Below, piece after piece: positions 8,264 through 16,491 of a DNA stretch of 64,000 bases. The stretch is from Acidimicrobiales bacterium. GTDB taxonomy: Bacteria > Actinomycetota > Acidimicrobiia > Acidimicrobiales > Aldehydirespiratoraceae. The DNA lies in the NCBI GenBank assembly GCA_965214945.1, contig OZ244029.1, positions 2,444,868 to 2,508,867 of the forward strand. The letters are read 5' to 3'. The position numbers and the translations under genes were made by a program. The number at the start of each line of letters is the position of its first letter. The first letter of the stretch is position 1. The notes below the pieces were generated by a model that saw only the letters and a list, made by a program, of their open reading frames with translations, did not search any database and was not told where the DNA came from.

Positions 8264-10319
8264 CGACAGCCCGCAGCGCTCGGACGCGGCGGCCTGCGAT
8301 CCGCCCTGTCCTGGTCTTGGCCGACGCGGCTGAGGGCTTGATAGCCCTGGACGGCACCAGCGACGCCGCGGTGCCCGCCGCCATCACCAGACCACCGATC
8401 CACAGCCACACCACCAGCGGCTGAACGGTCACCCTCAGCACCACCCGGTCGGCGGAGAAGCTTTCGGCCGCGCCTGGCTCGGCCGACCTGGCGCCTCCGG
8501 CGCCGTCGGGGCCTTCGGGAAACGAGAGCACCGACAGCGCCACGTCATCTCGCCAGCTCGAACTCACCGACGGGATGCCGATGGTCTGAGAGGCGAACGG
8601 GTACACAGCGATGGCCGGCCCGTGCACCTCGTCTCCGTCGACCCTCACATAGGCCACACGCTCGGTGCGATTTTCGTGCTGCACGACCGCCGAGCCGACA
8701 TAGGCGAGTTCGTGGCCGGAGAAGACCGCCTTCTGGTTCGGCGCCAGGTCGAACTCGGCCTGCCGCACGTACGACTGGCTCGCCGCGAACGCTACCGCCA
8801 CGAGCACTACGCCCAGGTGCACGATCATCCCGCCGTTGGCGCGTCCGACCAGGCCCCGCCATCTGTTGCGACGCACCGCCAGCGCCAGCTGTCGCAGCGC
8901 CGCGCCCCCGGCAAAGCCGCCCAGCCCGAAAGCCAGCAGCGGAGCCCATCCCCGGGCACCGGCCACGGCCACGGCCACGGCCAGCGCTGCCGCGCCCGCC
9001 CACGCCGGCACGAGCAGACGCCTGCCGAGCCGCTGCACCACCTTGCGCGGCGCGGCCTTTTTCGCCCACGGGAGCATCGGCGCCACCGCCATCAGAAAAA
9101 GCAGCGCCAGGCCTATAGGCCGTGTCATACGGTCGAAGTAAGGGTTTCCAACCGACACGGCACGGCCGTCGACGGCCTCCACGATCAGCGGGAACACCGT
9201 GCCGAGCAGCACCACGAACGCGAACGCTGCGAACAGCGCGTTGTTGACCAGGAACGCCGCCTCGCGAGAAGCCGGCGATGCGATGCGGCCCTCGGGCGAG
9301 CGCAGCGCGTCACCGCGCCAGGCGATCAGTCCAAGTGACACCAGCACCACGGCCGCGAAGAATCCGAGGATGGCGGGGCCGATCTGAGATTCCGTGAAGG
9401 CGTGAACCGAGGCCAGCACCCCCGATCGGGTCAGGAACGTGCCGAGGATTGTCAGCGAGAACGTGGCGATCACCAACGACAGGTTCCACACCCGCAGCAG
9501 CCCGCGCCCTTCTTGCACCATCACCGAGTGCAGATACGCGGTGCCGGTGAGCCACGGCAGTAAGGAGGCGTTCTCCACGGGATCCCACGCCCAGTATCCG
9601 CCCCACCCCAGCGTCTCGTAACTCCACCAGGCGCCCAGCACGATCCCGAAAGTCAGGAACCCCCACGCGGCCAGCGTCCAGCGCCGTGTCGCTCTCAGCC
9701 AGCCCTCTCCGAGGCGGCCCGTGGCCAGCGCAGCGACGGCGAAGGCGAAAGGCACAGTGAAGCCGACGTAGCCGAGGTAGAGGATCGGCGGGTGGAAGGC
9801 CATCAGGATGTGGTTCTGCAGCAGCGGGTTGGGGCCGGGGCCGTCGTATCCGGGGGGCGGGCTGACGCCGACGAACGGCGAGGCCGGCCCGGCCATCAGC
9901 GCAAAGAAGAAGACGCACACGACGAACAGCACCAGCAGCGCCCAGTTGAGCATCGGATCGTCGCCTCGGCTGCGGAAGCGCACGACAACGGCTGCGACAT
10001 AGCCGCACAGCACCAGCGCCCAGAGCAGTATCGACCCCTCCAGCGCCCCCCAAAGGGTGGCGAAATTGAATACAGCGGGCGTGGCGGACGATCCGTTCTC
10101 GGCCACGAACTTCACCGTGAAGTCGCGGGTGATCAGCGCCCGCTCCATCACCGTGAAGGCGACCACCGCGGCTGCGGTCATGAGCGCTACGAGACCGCGG
10201 GCGGGCCGGAGCCAGCCCGGCAGGACGCGTGCCGTGCCGAGCGCCGCCACGGCCGTCCCGGCGACCGCGGCGAGCAGCCCGACGGTCACCGCGGCCGAGC
10301 CGAGCGTGACGTTGCCCAC
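8256..10319 (-). CDS. ccmF: Cytochrome c heme lyase subunit CcmF
   Basis: 687 aa polytopic membrane protein with the WWD motif LGWGGYWAWDPVENASLLPWL. Confidence 0.9.
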   Translation of the reverse strand: MGNVTLGSAAVTVGLLAAVAGTAVAALGTARVLPGWLRPARGLVALMTAAAVVAFTVMERALITRDFTVKFVAENGSSATPAVFNFATLWGALEGSILLWALVLCGYVAAVVVRFRSRGDDPMLNWALLVLFVVCVFFFALMAGPASPFVGVSPPPGYDGPGPNPLLQNHILMAFHPPILYLGYVGFTVPFAFAVAALATGRLGEGWLRATRRWTLAAWGFLTFGIVLGAWWSYETLGWGGYWAWDPVENASLLPWLTGTAYLHSVMVQEGRGLLRVWNLSLVIATFSLTILGTFLTRSGVLASVHAFTESQIGPAILGFFAAVVLVSLGLIAWRGDALRSPEGRIASPASREAAFLVNNALFAAFAFVVLLGTVFPLIVEAVDGRAVSVGNPYFDRMTRPIGLALLFLMAVAPMLPWAKKAAPRKVVQRLGRRLLVPAWAGAAALAVAVAVAGARGWAPLLAFGLGGFAGGAALRQLALAVRRNRWRGLVGRANGGMIVHLGVVLVAVAFAASQSYVRQAEFDLAPNQKAVFSGHELAYVGSAVVQHENRTERVAYVRVDGDEVHGPAIAVYPFASQTIGIPSVSSSWRDDVALSVLSFPEGPDGAGGARSAEPGAAESFSADRVVLRVTVQPLVVWLWIGGLVMAAGTAASLVPSRAIKPSAASAKTRTGRIAGRRVRALRAVDA

Positions 10320-10349
10320 CGCCGAGCTGCTCTTCCCGTTCCGAAGGGC

Positions 10350-10997
10350 CTAGCCGCGCGCCGCGCCAGCTGTCAGCGTGACCGTGCGCTTGGCCAGAGA
10401 GCCCACACGGCCAGCTTCATGCGAAGCGACCATCACGGTGGCCCCGGAGGCGGCGGCTTCCGCGATCAGGTCGTCCACGGCGCGTCGGGCCAGGTTGTCG
10501 AGGCTCGCGTAGGGTTCGTCCAGCAGCCACAGCTCAGGCCGCCGCATAACCATCGCGGCGAGGGCACAGCGGCGACGCTGACCGGCCGAGAGCCAGCCCA
10601 CCCGCATGTGCCGCAGCCGCGTACCCACGGCCAGCCGATCCAAGGCTCGGGGGGCAGCGCTCGCCGGAACTCGGGCGACCCGCGCCCAGAATTCGAGGTT
10701 CTCCATGACGGTCAGGTCGTCGTACAGCGCGCTCTCATGGCCGAGCAGGCCCACCTGTCGGCGCAGCGCGGAACGCTGGGAGGCGCCGTTGACGCCGAGG
10801 TCGTGGCCCAGCACAACGGCCTTGCCCGAATGCAGCCGGTGAAGGCCGGCGCACAAGCCCAGCAGCGTCGACTTGCCTGCCCCGTTGGGGCCGCGCACCA
10901 GAACGATCTCACCGGCTTCCACATCAAGGTCGAGCCCGGCCAGCGCCGGGAACCGGCCCCGCAGCACGACCGCCTCGCGTAGCCATATCAAGCACAC
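10350..10997 (-). CDS. ccmA: Heme exporter ATP-binding protein CcmA
   Basis: 215 aa. Walker A is GPNGAGKST, the signature-like motif is LSAGQRRR, and Walker B is LWLLDEP. The small single-NBD size and the ccm context both fit CcmA. Confidence 0.8.
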   Translation of the reverse strand: MCLIWLREAVVLRGRFPALAGLDLDVEAGEIVLVRGPNGAGKSTLLGLCAGLHRLHSGKAVVLGHDLGVNGASQRSALRRQVGLLGHESALYDDLTVMENLEFWARVARVPASAAPRALDRLAVGTRLRHMRVGWLSAGQRRRCALAAMVMRRPELWLLDEPYASLDNLARRAVDDLIAEAAASGATVMVASHEAGRVGSLAKRTVTLTAGAARG

Positions 10998-11081
10998 GCG
11001 GCCTCGCGCTCAGACGCGACCGTCGAGCGGGCGACGCGCTCTCGTCATGCGGGTCAGGCTAAGAGCGCCCGACGCAACAGA

Positions 11082-11183
11082 CGGCTCATCGTGGGGTTCC
11101 GGCCTGGTCTCTGAGGTGCGGGCTCGGGCTCGGAAGCATCAGGCGACGCAATAGGCGGCTCATGGTGGGCTTCCGGCCTGGTC
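11082..11183. repeat. 28-bp direct repeat (26/28 identical) duplicating the stop-spanning 3' end of ccmE 74 bp further downstream
   Basis: Copy B (11156-11183, CGGCTCATGGTGGGCTTCCGGCCTGGTC) contains the ccmE stop at 11160-11162. Copy A (11082-11109, CGGCTCATCGTGGGGTTCCGGCCTGGTC) lies in the ccmE-ccmA spacer. Confidence 0.85.
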
Positions 11184-11714
11184 GGCTTCGGTGATGCGCT
11201 GGTCGTAGTCGTCGCGGTTGCGGTAGTCGTTGTCGTGCTTGACCAGCATTCGGTCGGATGCGAAGTGCCAGCCGTCGTCAGTCGAACCGCTTGCGGCACC
11301 AGCGACAGCACCCGGCTCAGGTCTCCACGCCCCTTCCAGCACCACAGGAACGCCCGGCTGGAACAGCTCCGGCGGGTCTCCGACATGGACCACCTCGATA
11401 ACCGCGCCCTCGAAGCCGATCGAGAACGCCAAAGCCCGACGATCGTCGACGAAGACTTCAACAGGCGCGTTCAGCGGCGTGCCCTGCACCCGGAAACGCC
11501 GTGCGCCGAGCTCATCTCGGCGTTCTACAGCCTCATCGGCGTTGTAGAAAAACAGCGCCGAGTCGCCAAGCAGATTGGCCACCAGAGCTGCGACCGCCGC
11601 GGCCGCTGCCAGTGCAATCAGCGCCGCGGCCCATCGCCGTCGACGTCCCAAGCGCCGTGGAGGCCGCCGCGTCAGCGGTGCCAGCGAGTTCGGATCGTTG
11701 CCGCTGTCGGTCAC
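11160..11714 (-). CDS. ccmE: Heme chaperone CcmE
   Basis: 184 aa. It has an N-terminal TM anchor, an OB-fold-like body, and a C-terminal LVKHDNDY that matches the heme-binding His motif (KHDxxY). The start is a GTG overlapping the ccmD stop (GTGA). Confidence 0.85.
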   Translation of the reverse strand: MTDSGNDPNSLAPLTRRPPRRLGRRRRWAAALIALAAAAAVAALVANLLGDSALFFYNADEAVERRDELGARRFRVQGTPLNAPVEVFVDDRRALAFSIGFEGAVIEVVHVGDPPELFQPGVPVVLEGAWRPEPGAVAGAASGSTDDGWHFASDRMLVKHDNDYRNRDDYDQRITEADQAGSPP

Positions 11715-11881
11715 CCGGCCTCAGGCTCTCGCTCCGGTTCAACCGCCGACATCCAACGCTGTCTGTCGGGAGCAACCCGGCGCGAGAGGCGCCGGCCCCT
11801 ACGAAGCAGGCTGACCGCGTAGACGGCCGCTACAGCCGCGGTGAGGCCCCACGCACCGAGCACATAGCCGGCGTTAGCCAC
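11711..11881 (-). CDS. ccmD: Heme exporter protein CcmD (56 aa, not in the supplied ORF track)
   Basis: My translation of the minus strand from the GTG at 11881 is VANAGYVLGAWGLTAAVAAVYAVSLLRRGRRLSRRVAPDRQRWMSAVEPEREPEAG, ending at the stop 11711-11713. It has a single TM helix followed by a basic tail. It overlaps the ccmC stop (11874) and the ccmE start (11714), exactly where ccmD sits in ccm operons. Confidence 0.7.
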   Translation of the reverse strand: MANAGYVLGAWGLTAAVAAVYAVSLLRRGRRLSRRVAPDRQRWMSAVEPEREPEAG

Positions 11882-12683
11882 CGTTCGGCCTAGGGTCTGG
11901 CTCGCCGCCGTGCTGGCCCGGCGGCGCTCGTCGGGCCTCTGCCCGTCTGGCCGTCAGCGCTTCGGCGATCTCCTGTGACTGGAGTTCGTACTCCAGCCAG
12001 CCGATGCGAAACCGGTGGATCAGCAGCCAGCACACAGCCATCCCGCACACAAGTATCCCGGCGAACACGGTGAACAGCGTGAGATCTTCCAACTTGCCGT
12101 CTGTTAGGGACGACTGCTGGTGCAGCGTGCGGTTGCTCCACCAGTTCACCGACTGGTTGACGATGGGCAGGTTGACGGCCCCGACTAGGCCGACCACAGC
12201 TGCCCGGGTGGAAACGGAGTCCGGATGGCCGCCCAGAGACCGCACCGCCACATAGCCGACCATCACCAGGAACAGGATCAGCGTGGTCATGAGTCGCACG
12301 TCGCCCCACTCCCAGTAGGTGCCCCAAGTGGGACGGCCCCACAGCATCCCGGTGGCCAGCGTCAGCCCGCAGAGGAGCAGTCCGATCTCGGCTCCGGCGC
12401 AGGCGACCGTGTCCCACCAGCGGGAGCGCCGCCACAGCCAGACGGCAGAGCCGACAGCGGTCAGTCCGAACGCCGCGTAAGCGCCGACGGCGACTGGCAC
12501 ATGGACGAAAATGATGCGCACGGCGTCGCCTTGCACATCGTCAGCGGGCGCGGCCAGCAGCCCGAGTGCCGCGACGGCGGCCGCCCCGGTCAGTGTGGCC
12601 GCGCCGAGCCAGAAAGTGGCCCGCGACCCCGTGTTCGCCTGAGCCGACTTCTGCGGCGGTGACTCAGCCGCGGTTAAAGTCAC
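11874..12683 (-). CDS. ccmC: Heme exporter protein CcmC
   Basis: The WWD motif is WGRPTWGTYWEWGDVRLMTT. The track ORF extends to 12770, but I place the start at the GTG at 12683, which forms a GTGA overlap with the ccmB stop at 12680. Confidence 0.85.
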   Translation of the reverse strand: MTLTAAESPPQKSAQANTGSRATFWLGAATLTGAAAVAALGLLAAPADDVQGDAVRIIFVHVPVAVGAYAAFGLTAVGSAVWLWRRSRWWDTVACAGAEIGLLLCGLTLATGMLWGRPTWGTYWEWGDVRLMTTLILFLVMVGYVAVRSLGGHPDSVSTRAAVVGLVGAVNLPIVNQSVNWWSNRTLHQQSSLTDGKLEDLTLFTVFAGILVCGMAVCWLLIHRFRIGWLEYELQSQEIAEALTARRAEARRAPPGQHGGEPDPRPNGG

Positions 12684-13369
12684 GAATCCTCTAGCAGCGC
12701 ACCGTAGACCGCGGCACCCAAGACAGCGTTCACAACGGCAAAGCCCGCCAGCCCGGCCACCCAGGCCCATCCATTGAGCGCTGTAACGCCGAACGCGTCT
12801 CCGAACGCCCTGGTGGCCGCAATCAGCACGGGCGCGACCACCGGCAACAACAGAATCGGCAGAACGGTCTGATGAGATCGGGTTCCCGCAACCACAGCAC
12901 CAAGCAAGCTACCGGCCGCCGCCAGTCCGCACGTGGCCGCCACCGCGGCCGCCGCGGCCAGCAGCGGCGAGCCCACCTCCGCGCCGAAGAGCGCGACCAC
13001 CCCGGCGAGCAGCAGCAGCTCCACCACCAGCAGCTGCACAGCCACCGCAGCCGCTTTACCCACGAAAGCAGCAGCGGGTGACATGCCGCCCAGCAGCAGC
13101 ATCCGTCCGGCCTCGTCCGCCGCCTCCACCGCCGCGGAGCGCTGCACTGCCACCACCGTCACGAACAGCGCAGTCATCCAGAACAGCCCCGGCGCAGCCA
13201 GCCGCAGCGCCGGCCGGTTGGCGTCCAGCGCGAAGCCGAACAGCACCAGCACCAGCACGGCAAAGGGCGCGACCTGGCCCAGAGCCGCCCGCACGCGCCA
13301 TTCGATGCGCAAGTCTTTGGCCGCCACTATCCGAGCATCTCCCACCGCTGAGCACAGCTCACGCCACAT
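12680..13369 (-). CDS. ccmB: Heme exporter permease CcmB
   Basis: 229 aa, about 6 TM segments. The N-terminal AAKDLRIEWRVRAAL is typical of CcmB. Confidence 0.8.
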   Translation of the reverse strand: MWRELCSAVGDARIVAAKDLRIEWRVRAALGQVAPFAVLVLVLFGFALDANRPALRLAAPGLFWMTALFVTVVAVQRSAAVEAADEAGRMLLLGGMSPAAAFVGKAAAVAVQLLVVELLLLAGVVALFGAEVGSPLLAAAAAVAATCGLAAAGSLLGAVVAGTRSHQTVLPILLLPVVAPVLIAATRAFGDAFGVTALNGWAWVAGLAGFAVVNAVLGAAVYGALLEDS

Positions 13370-13523
13370 CAGCGGTCACCCCGCCGAAGCCTCAGCCTCA
13401 CAGCCAAACGCAGCGCAACGACCGGCATCCGCCGACGCTACCCGACCGGCATCAAAGCCCAGGGCCGCCCCGGGTCTTACCAAGCCGCGGCGCGGGGCCG
13501 CTCTGGAGAGTCTCGGCCGCTAG

Positions 13524-14210
13524 CTAGAGCCAACGGAGCTCTGCAGGGTCAGTGACAAGTAACTCGGGGACTCGGCTGTGGCACCGAACCCAATCTGCTG
13601 TATCAGGCGAGAGCCAGTCCAATAGCTGCAACGCGATCTCGTAATCGGCCTTGAGCCTTCGATTGCGGATGGGCTCGTGATGCGCAATCCGGTTGCGCAG
13701 CTTGCGCAACCGTTCGAGGTGAGCGTGCACCTCAGAGCGCTTCGGCGTCGGATAGAAGATGCGGCACAGATTACGCCGCCAAAGGGCTTCATCGCGGGCC
13801 TTCGCGAAGAGTCCAACCCAGAATGCGAATGACAGCTCAGCGATGATTCGTCCATCGGCTGGCTCCGCACCACGCTTCCCAATCTGGGATCGGGCCTTGG
13901 CAGCCGTGCGCGCAGCCCAAGTTCCTACCAACTCAGAGTCCAGAAGCCACGCTGCTCCATACTTTTGCATCATTCGATTATTTACAGTGTTACGCAGTGT
14001 GATCTCCACCATGTGAAGAGGCCACAAGAATGCGGCGCTGACCGCAGCGTTCCAGACGTAGAACCTCAAAGCGCGCACGACATCTCCGGTGCCAATGAGA
14101 TAAAGCTCAAATCGTTCGCCAGAGATGGCCTCTCTGAGGCTTTCAACCTCACGCGGTTGGTAAGCGAAGCGGTCTCGCCGATTCCCGTCACCCGTGCTAT
14201 CGTTGGTCAC
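13524..14210 (-). CDS. Abi_2 (AbiD/AbiF-like) abortive-infection family protein
   Basis: Motifs recognised: ISGERFELYL, ALRFYVWNAAVSAAFLWPLHMVEITLRNTV, GRIIAELSFAFWVGLF and LRKLRNRIAHHEPI. I prefer the GTG at 14210 as the start. The track start at 14375 would encode a low-complexity N-terminus and would put a perfect 13-bp palindrome inside coding sequence. The region has lower G+C than its flanks. Confidence 0.75.
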   Translation of the reverse strand: MTNDSTGDGNRRDRFAYQPREVESLREAISGERFELYLIGTGDVVRALRFYVWNAAVSAAFLWPLHMVEITLRNTVNNRMMQKYGAAWLLDSELVGTWAARTAAKARSQIGKRGAEPADGRIIAELSFAFWVGLFAKARDEALWRRNLCRIFYPTPKRSEVHAHLERLRKLRNRIAHHEPIRNRRLKADYEIALQLLDWLSPDTADWVRCHSRVPELLVTDPAELRWL

Positions 14211-14265
14211 GTGCGCCCCCTCCCCGCCTCTCCCCACGTAGGTGCATGCAGTTGGGGGCAATGCC

Positions 14266-14307
14266 CAGGGTGCTGGGGCGACGTTTTTGGACAACCCCAG
14301 CACCCTG
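14266..14307. terminator. Perfect 13-bp inverted repeat (CAGGGTGCTGGGG N16 CCCCAGCACCCTG) between the wHTH gene and the Abi gene
   Basis: The arms are at 14266-14278 and 14295-14307. The repeat lies 84 nt downstream of the wHTH stop and 56 nt upstream of my Abi start. No U-tract follows the stem on the minus strand. Confidence 0.4.
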
Positions 14308-14390
14308 CCGGTCCCAACTTCCGCTAAGTAGCGATTTTCGGGCTTCTCTGCTTGATGAACTGTTAGACGTGGCACTCATCGAGAGCGCCA

Positions 14391-15176
14391 TCACTCAGTG
14401 ATTCCCGCGCCGGGACTCTCGAGCTTGCCATCCAGCGGAGCGTCGTCCGGTCCATAGACCACGTCAAAGGCAAGACGCCACATTTCTAGCCACCGGTCTC
14501 GTTGATCGGCGGGAAAGTCGCTCGACGGTGATGGCAGCTTCGCCGAGAGGTTGGTCCAGAGGTCCCGAAGGAGTGGATCAAGGCGCGTGTGTCTTCCCGG
14601 CCCAGAGTCCGGTAACTTGAGGGAGTCAGCTATCGTGGTCTTCTCCCCAGCATCTGTTACAGCAGAATTTTCTTCCGGCGTATACGCGGAAACCGTGTTT
14701 GGGAAGGCTGGCTTGACCAAGCGAGTCTTCCCCTTATCGAAAAATCCTGCAGACTCTGCCGAACGGAGAAGGACCTGCCGAGCACGGGTAGCTGACTTGG
14801 GCGTAACTCCGAGATCTATGATTGCCGTATCCAGGCCGTGACCCGCAGGCAGGAGCGAACCCTCATAGCGATCATGGACCGCCGTGTATAGCGGAACGTT
14901 CAGGAAGGCGTCAACCTTGGCGCGTGCTGCCTTTGAAGGGTCAACTACGCGCCCCCCCAAGTCCGTCAGCAAGCTCCGGCCACGATGACGCCGTATGACA
15001 CCGAAGGTCTTGGCCGCGGCTAGCTTGGTACGAAAGGTACTGCTGCTAGTGGTAGAACCTAGACTAGCAGCGAGCTGGGCATCGGAACACTCCCCACCGT
15101 AGTCGTTGTGGACCACCTCGGCAATCTGTACGGCATCAGTGAGGGTGGCGTAGGGAAACTTGATCGTCGACCGCAT
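14391..15176 (-). CDS. Uncharacterised protein with two winged-helix-like segments, upstream partner of the Abi gene
   Basis: I place the start at the ATG at 15176 (MRSTIKFPYATL), preceded by GGAGAGGAGGAAG. The track start at 15215 adds 13 codons. LTDAVQIAEVVHNDYGGECSDAQLAASLG...FGVIRRHRGRSLLTDLG looks like a wHTH, and a second similar unit is IIDLGVTPKSATRARQVLLRSAESAGFFDKGK. I recognise no enzymatic motif. Confidence 0.6.
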   Translation of the reverse strand: MRSTIKFPYATLTDAVQIAEVVHNDYGGECSDAQLAASLGSTTSSSTFRTKLAAAKTFGVIRRHRGRSLLTDLGGRVVDPSKAARAKVDAFLNVPLYTAVHDRYEGSLLPAGHGLDTAIIDLGVTPKSATRARQVLLRSAESAGFFDKGKTRLVKPAFPNTVSAYTPEENSAVTDAGEKTTIADSLKLPDSGPGRHTRLDPLLRDLWTNLSAKLPSPSSDFPADQRDRWLEMWRLAFDVVYGPDDAPLDGKLESPGAGITE

Positions 15177-15261
15177 GGGTCTTCCTCCTCTCCGAGAGAT
15201 TTTCGTTTGGGTCATTCATCATTTCTCTGCCTCTCTGGGCTATCGAACATAGCGTAGACAG

Positions 15262-15316
15262 ATCTGCAGCGAATTCCACCTCCAAAGGCAGGATGATTGC
15301 CTAAAATTCTGCAGAT
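15262..15316. promoter_or_regulatory. Imperfect inverted repeat ATCTGCAG[CG]AATT ... AATTCTGCAGAT upstream of the wHTH gene; candidate operator
   Basis: The left arm is 15262-15275 and the right arm is 15305-15316. The repeat sits 86-140 bp upstream of the start at 15176, in AT-richer DNA. Confidence 0.35.
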
Positions 15317-15874
15317 AACTCATTTGAGATGTCGATTCGTCCAGAATGTCGGCTGAACAGTAGCAGCATAGCGCGGAGATTGCGCGGTGCGGCAGAGTTA
15401 TCCGCCGGAGCGGTGGGGCTGCCGAACAGAACCGGGGTTGCGGAGATCGCTCGGCAACTTAGCTCGGAAGCTGGCGTTGGCTGTCTGCCAGATAATCCTG
15501 GCGGGCTGACTGCCCGCTGGTTATCTTGCTTCGCCAAGCGCCTCTGGGACGCAGCCCACACCGCCTCCAGACGACCACACCCCGCTTGGCCTGCGCCGAG
15601 ATCCACGGCACCACACAACCGCCAACGCAGCCGGGTTCCCGACGCCGGGCCCGCAGCGGCGGGCTGCCCGCGGCACCAGCGAAGCGAGGCCTCATCGGCA
15701 ACACAAGCGCATCTGAACAGTCGGCAAACGGCACGCGGGCCTGGTGTTCACCTATTCTCGCCGGTTCCCTCGTTCGACCCGACCTCAACGAACACGCCGC
15801 GACGCTCCGAGGCTTAACTCAAGGACCCAGGCCGCCCAGGCCCTACCTAGCTGTGGCCGAACCGCGTGCCACTA

Positions 15875-16375
15875 TCAGGAGACGTCCGGAGAGGCGAGGA
15901 TGTCGTCGATCTGGCCGAGAGCCTGGATCATTCCTTCTTCGGCCCCCATGGCGAGGATCTGCTCCATTTGTTCGAGCGAGGCGAACGAGGAGACTAATGT
16001 CATCGTGGTCTTGCCTGAAGATGCACCGGTCAGACTCACACGAGTCCGGACGTTCGGCATCTCGTTGTCGGGCTCCCCGTCGCCATCGCTGAATCCGTCT
16101 TCGAATTCGAGCAAGCACGGCGCTTCCACCGAAGAGACGCGCCACCATCCGGGATACTTTTCGCCGTTGGGACCGGTCATGCAGTAGGAGACTCGAGCCC
16201 CCGGGGCCAGAGCATGCTCTACGACCGTGGCCGGATAGGCGGGAGGCCCCCACCAGCGTTCCAGCTGCCGCGGGTCACTCCATACCTGCCACACTCGCTC
16301 CACCGGCGAGTCGAACTTCGCAGTGAACGTCATCATCAAGTTGGTGGAGTCCTTTTTGACGCTGAGCAAGGTCAC
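15875..16375 (-). CDS. SRPBCC / AHSA1 (Aha1-like) domain protein
   Basis: 166 aa. FDSPVERVWQVWSDPRQLERWWGPP is characteristic of the AHSA1/SRPBCC family. Confidence 0.75.
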   Translation of the reverse strand: MTLLSVKKDSTNLMMTFTAKFDSPVERVWQVWSDPRQLERWWGPPAYPATVVEHALAPGARVSYCMTGPNGEKYPGWWRVSSVEAPCLLEFEDGFSDGDGEPDNEMPNVRTRVSLTGASSGKTTMTLVSSFASLEQMEQILAMGAEEGMIQALGQIDDILASPDVS

Positions 16376-16491
16376 GAACAGTCTCCTTATCCCTTATGCG
16401 AATGGCTGAGCCGAACGGCTGACACACACCGCGGCGGGAGGTGCTTGCGGGGAGGTGCTGGCGGCTGTCGGCAGAATCAGGCTCCGCGTGA

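Noticed and set aside
13370-13523. Possible tRNA or att site at the left border of the Abi module.
   Set aside because: I could fold no cloverleaf and found no repeat matching the right border. There are only small GC hairpins.
15329-15817. 162-aa ORF in the gap next to the Abi module, with a faint HTH-like peptide TGVAEIARQL that might be an IS transposase remnant.
   Set aside because: The composition is shadow-like. I recognise no transposase catalytic motifs and no terminal inverted repeats, so the evidence is too weak to call a mobile element.
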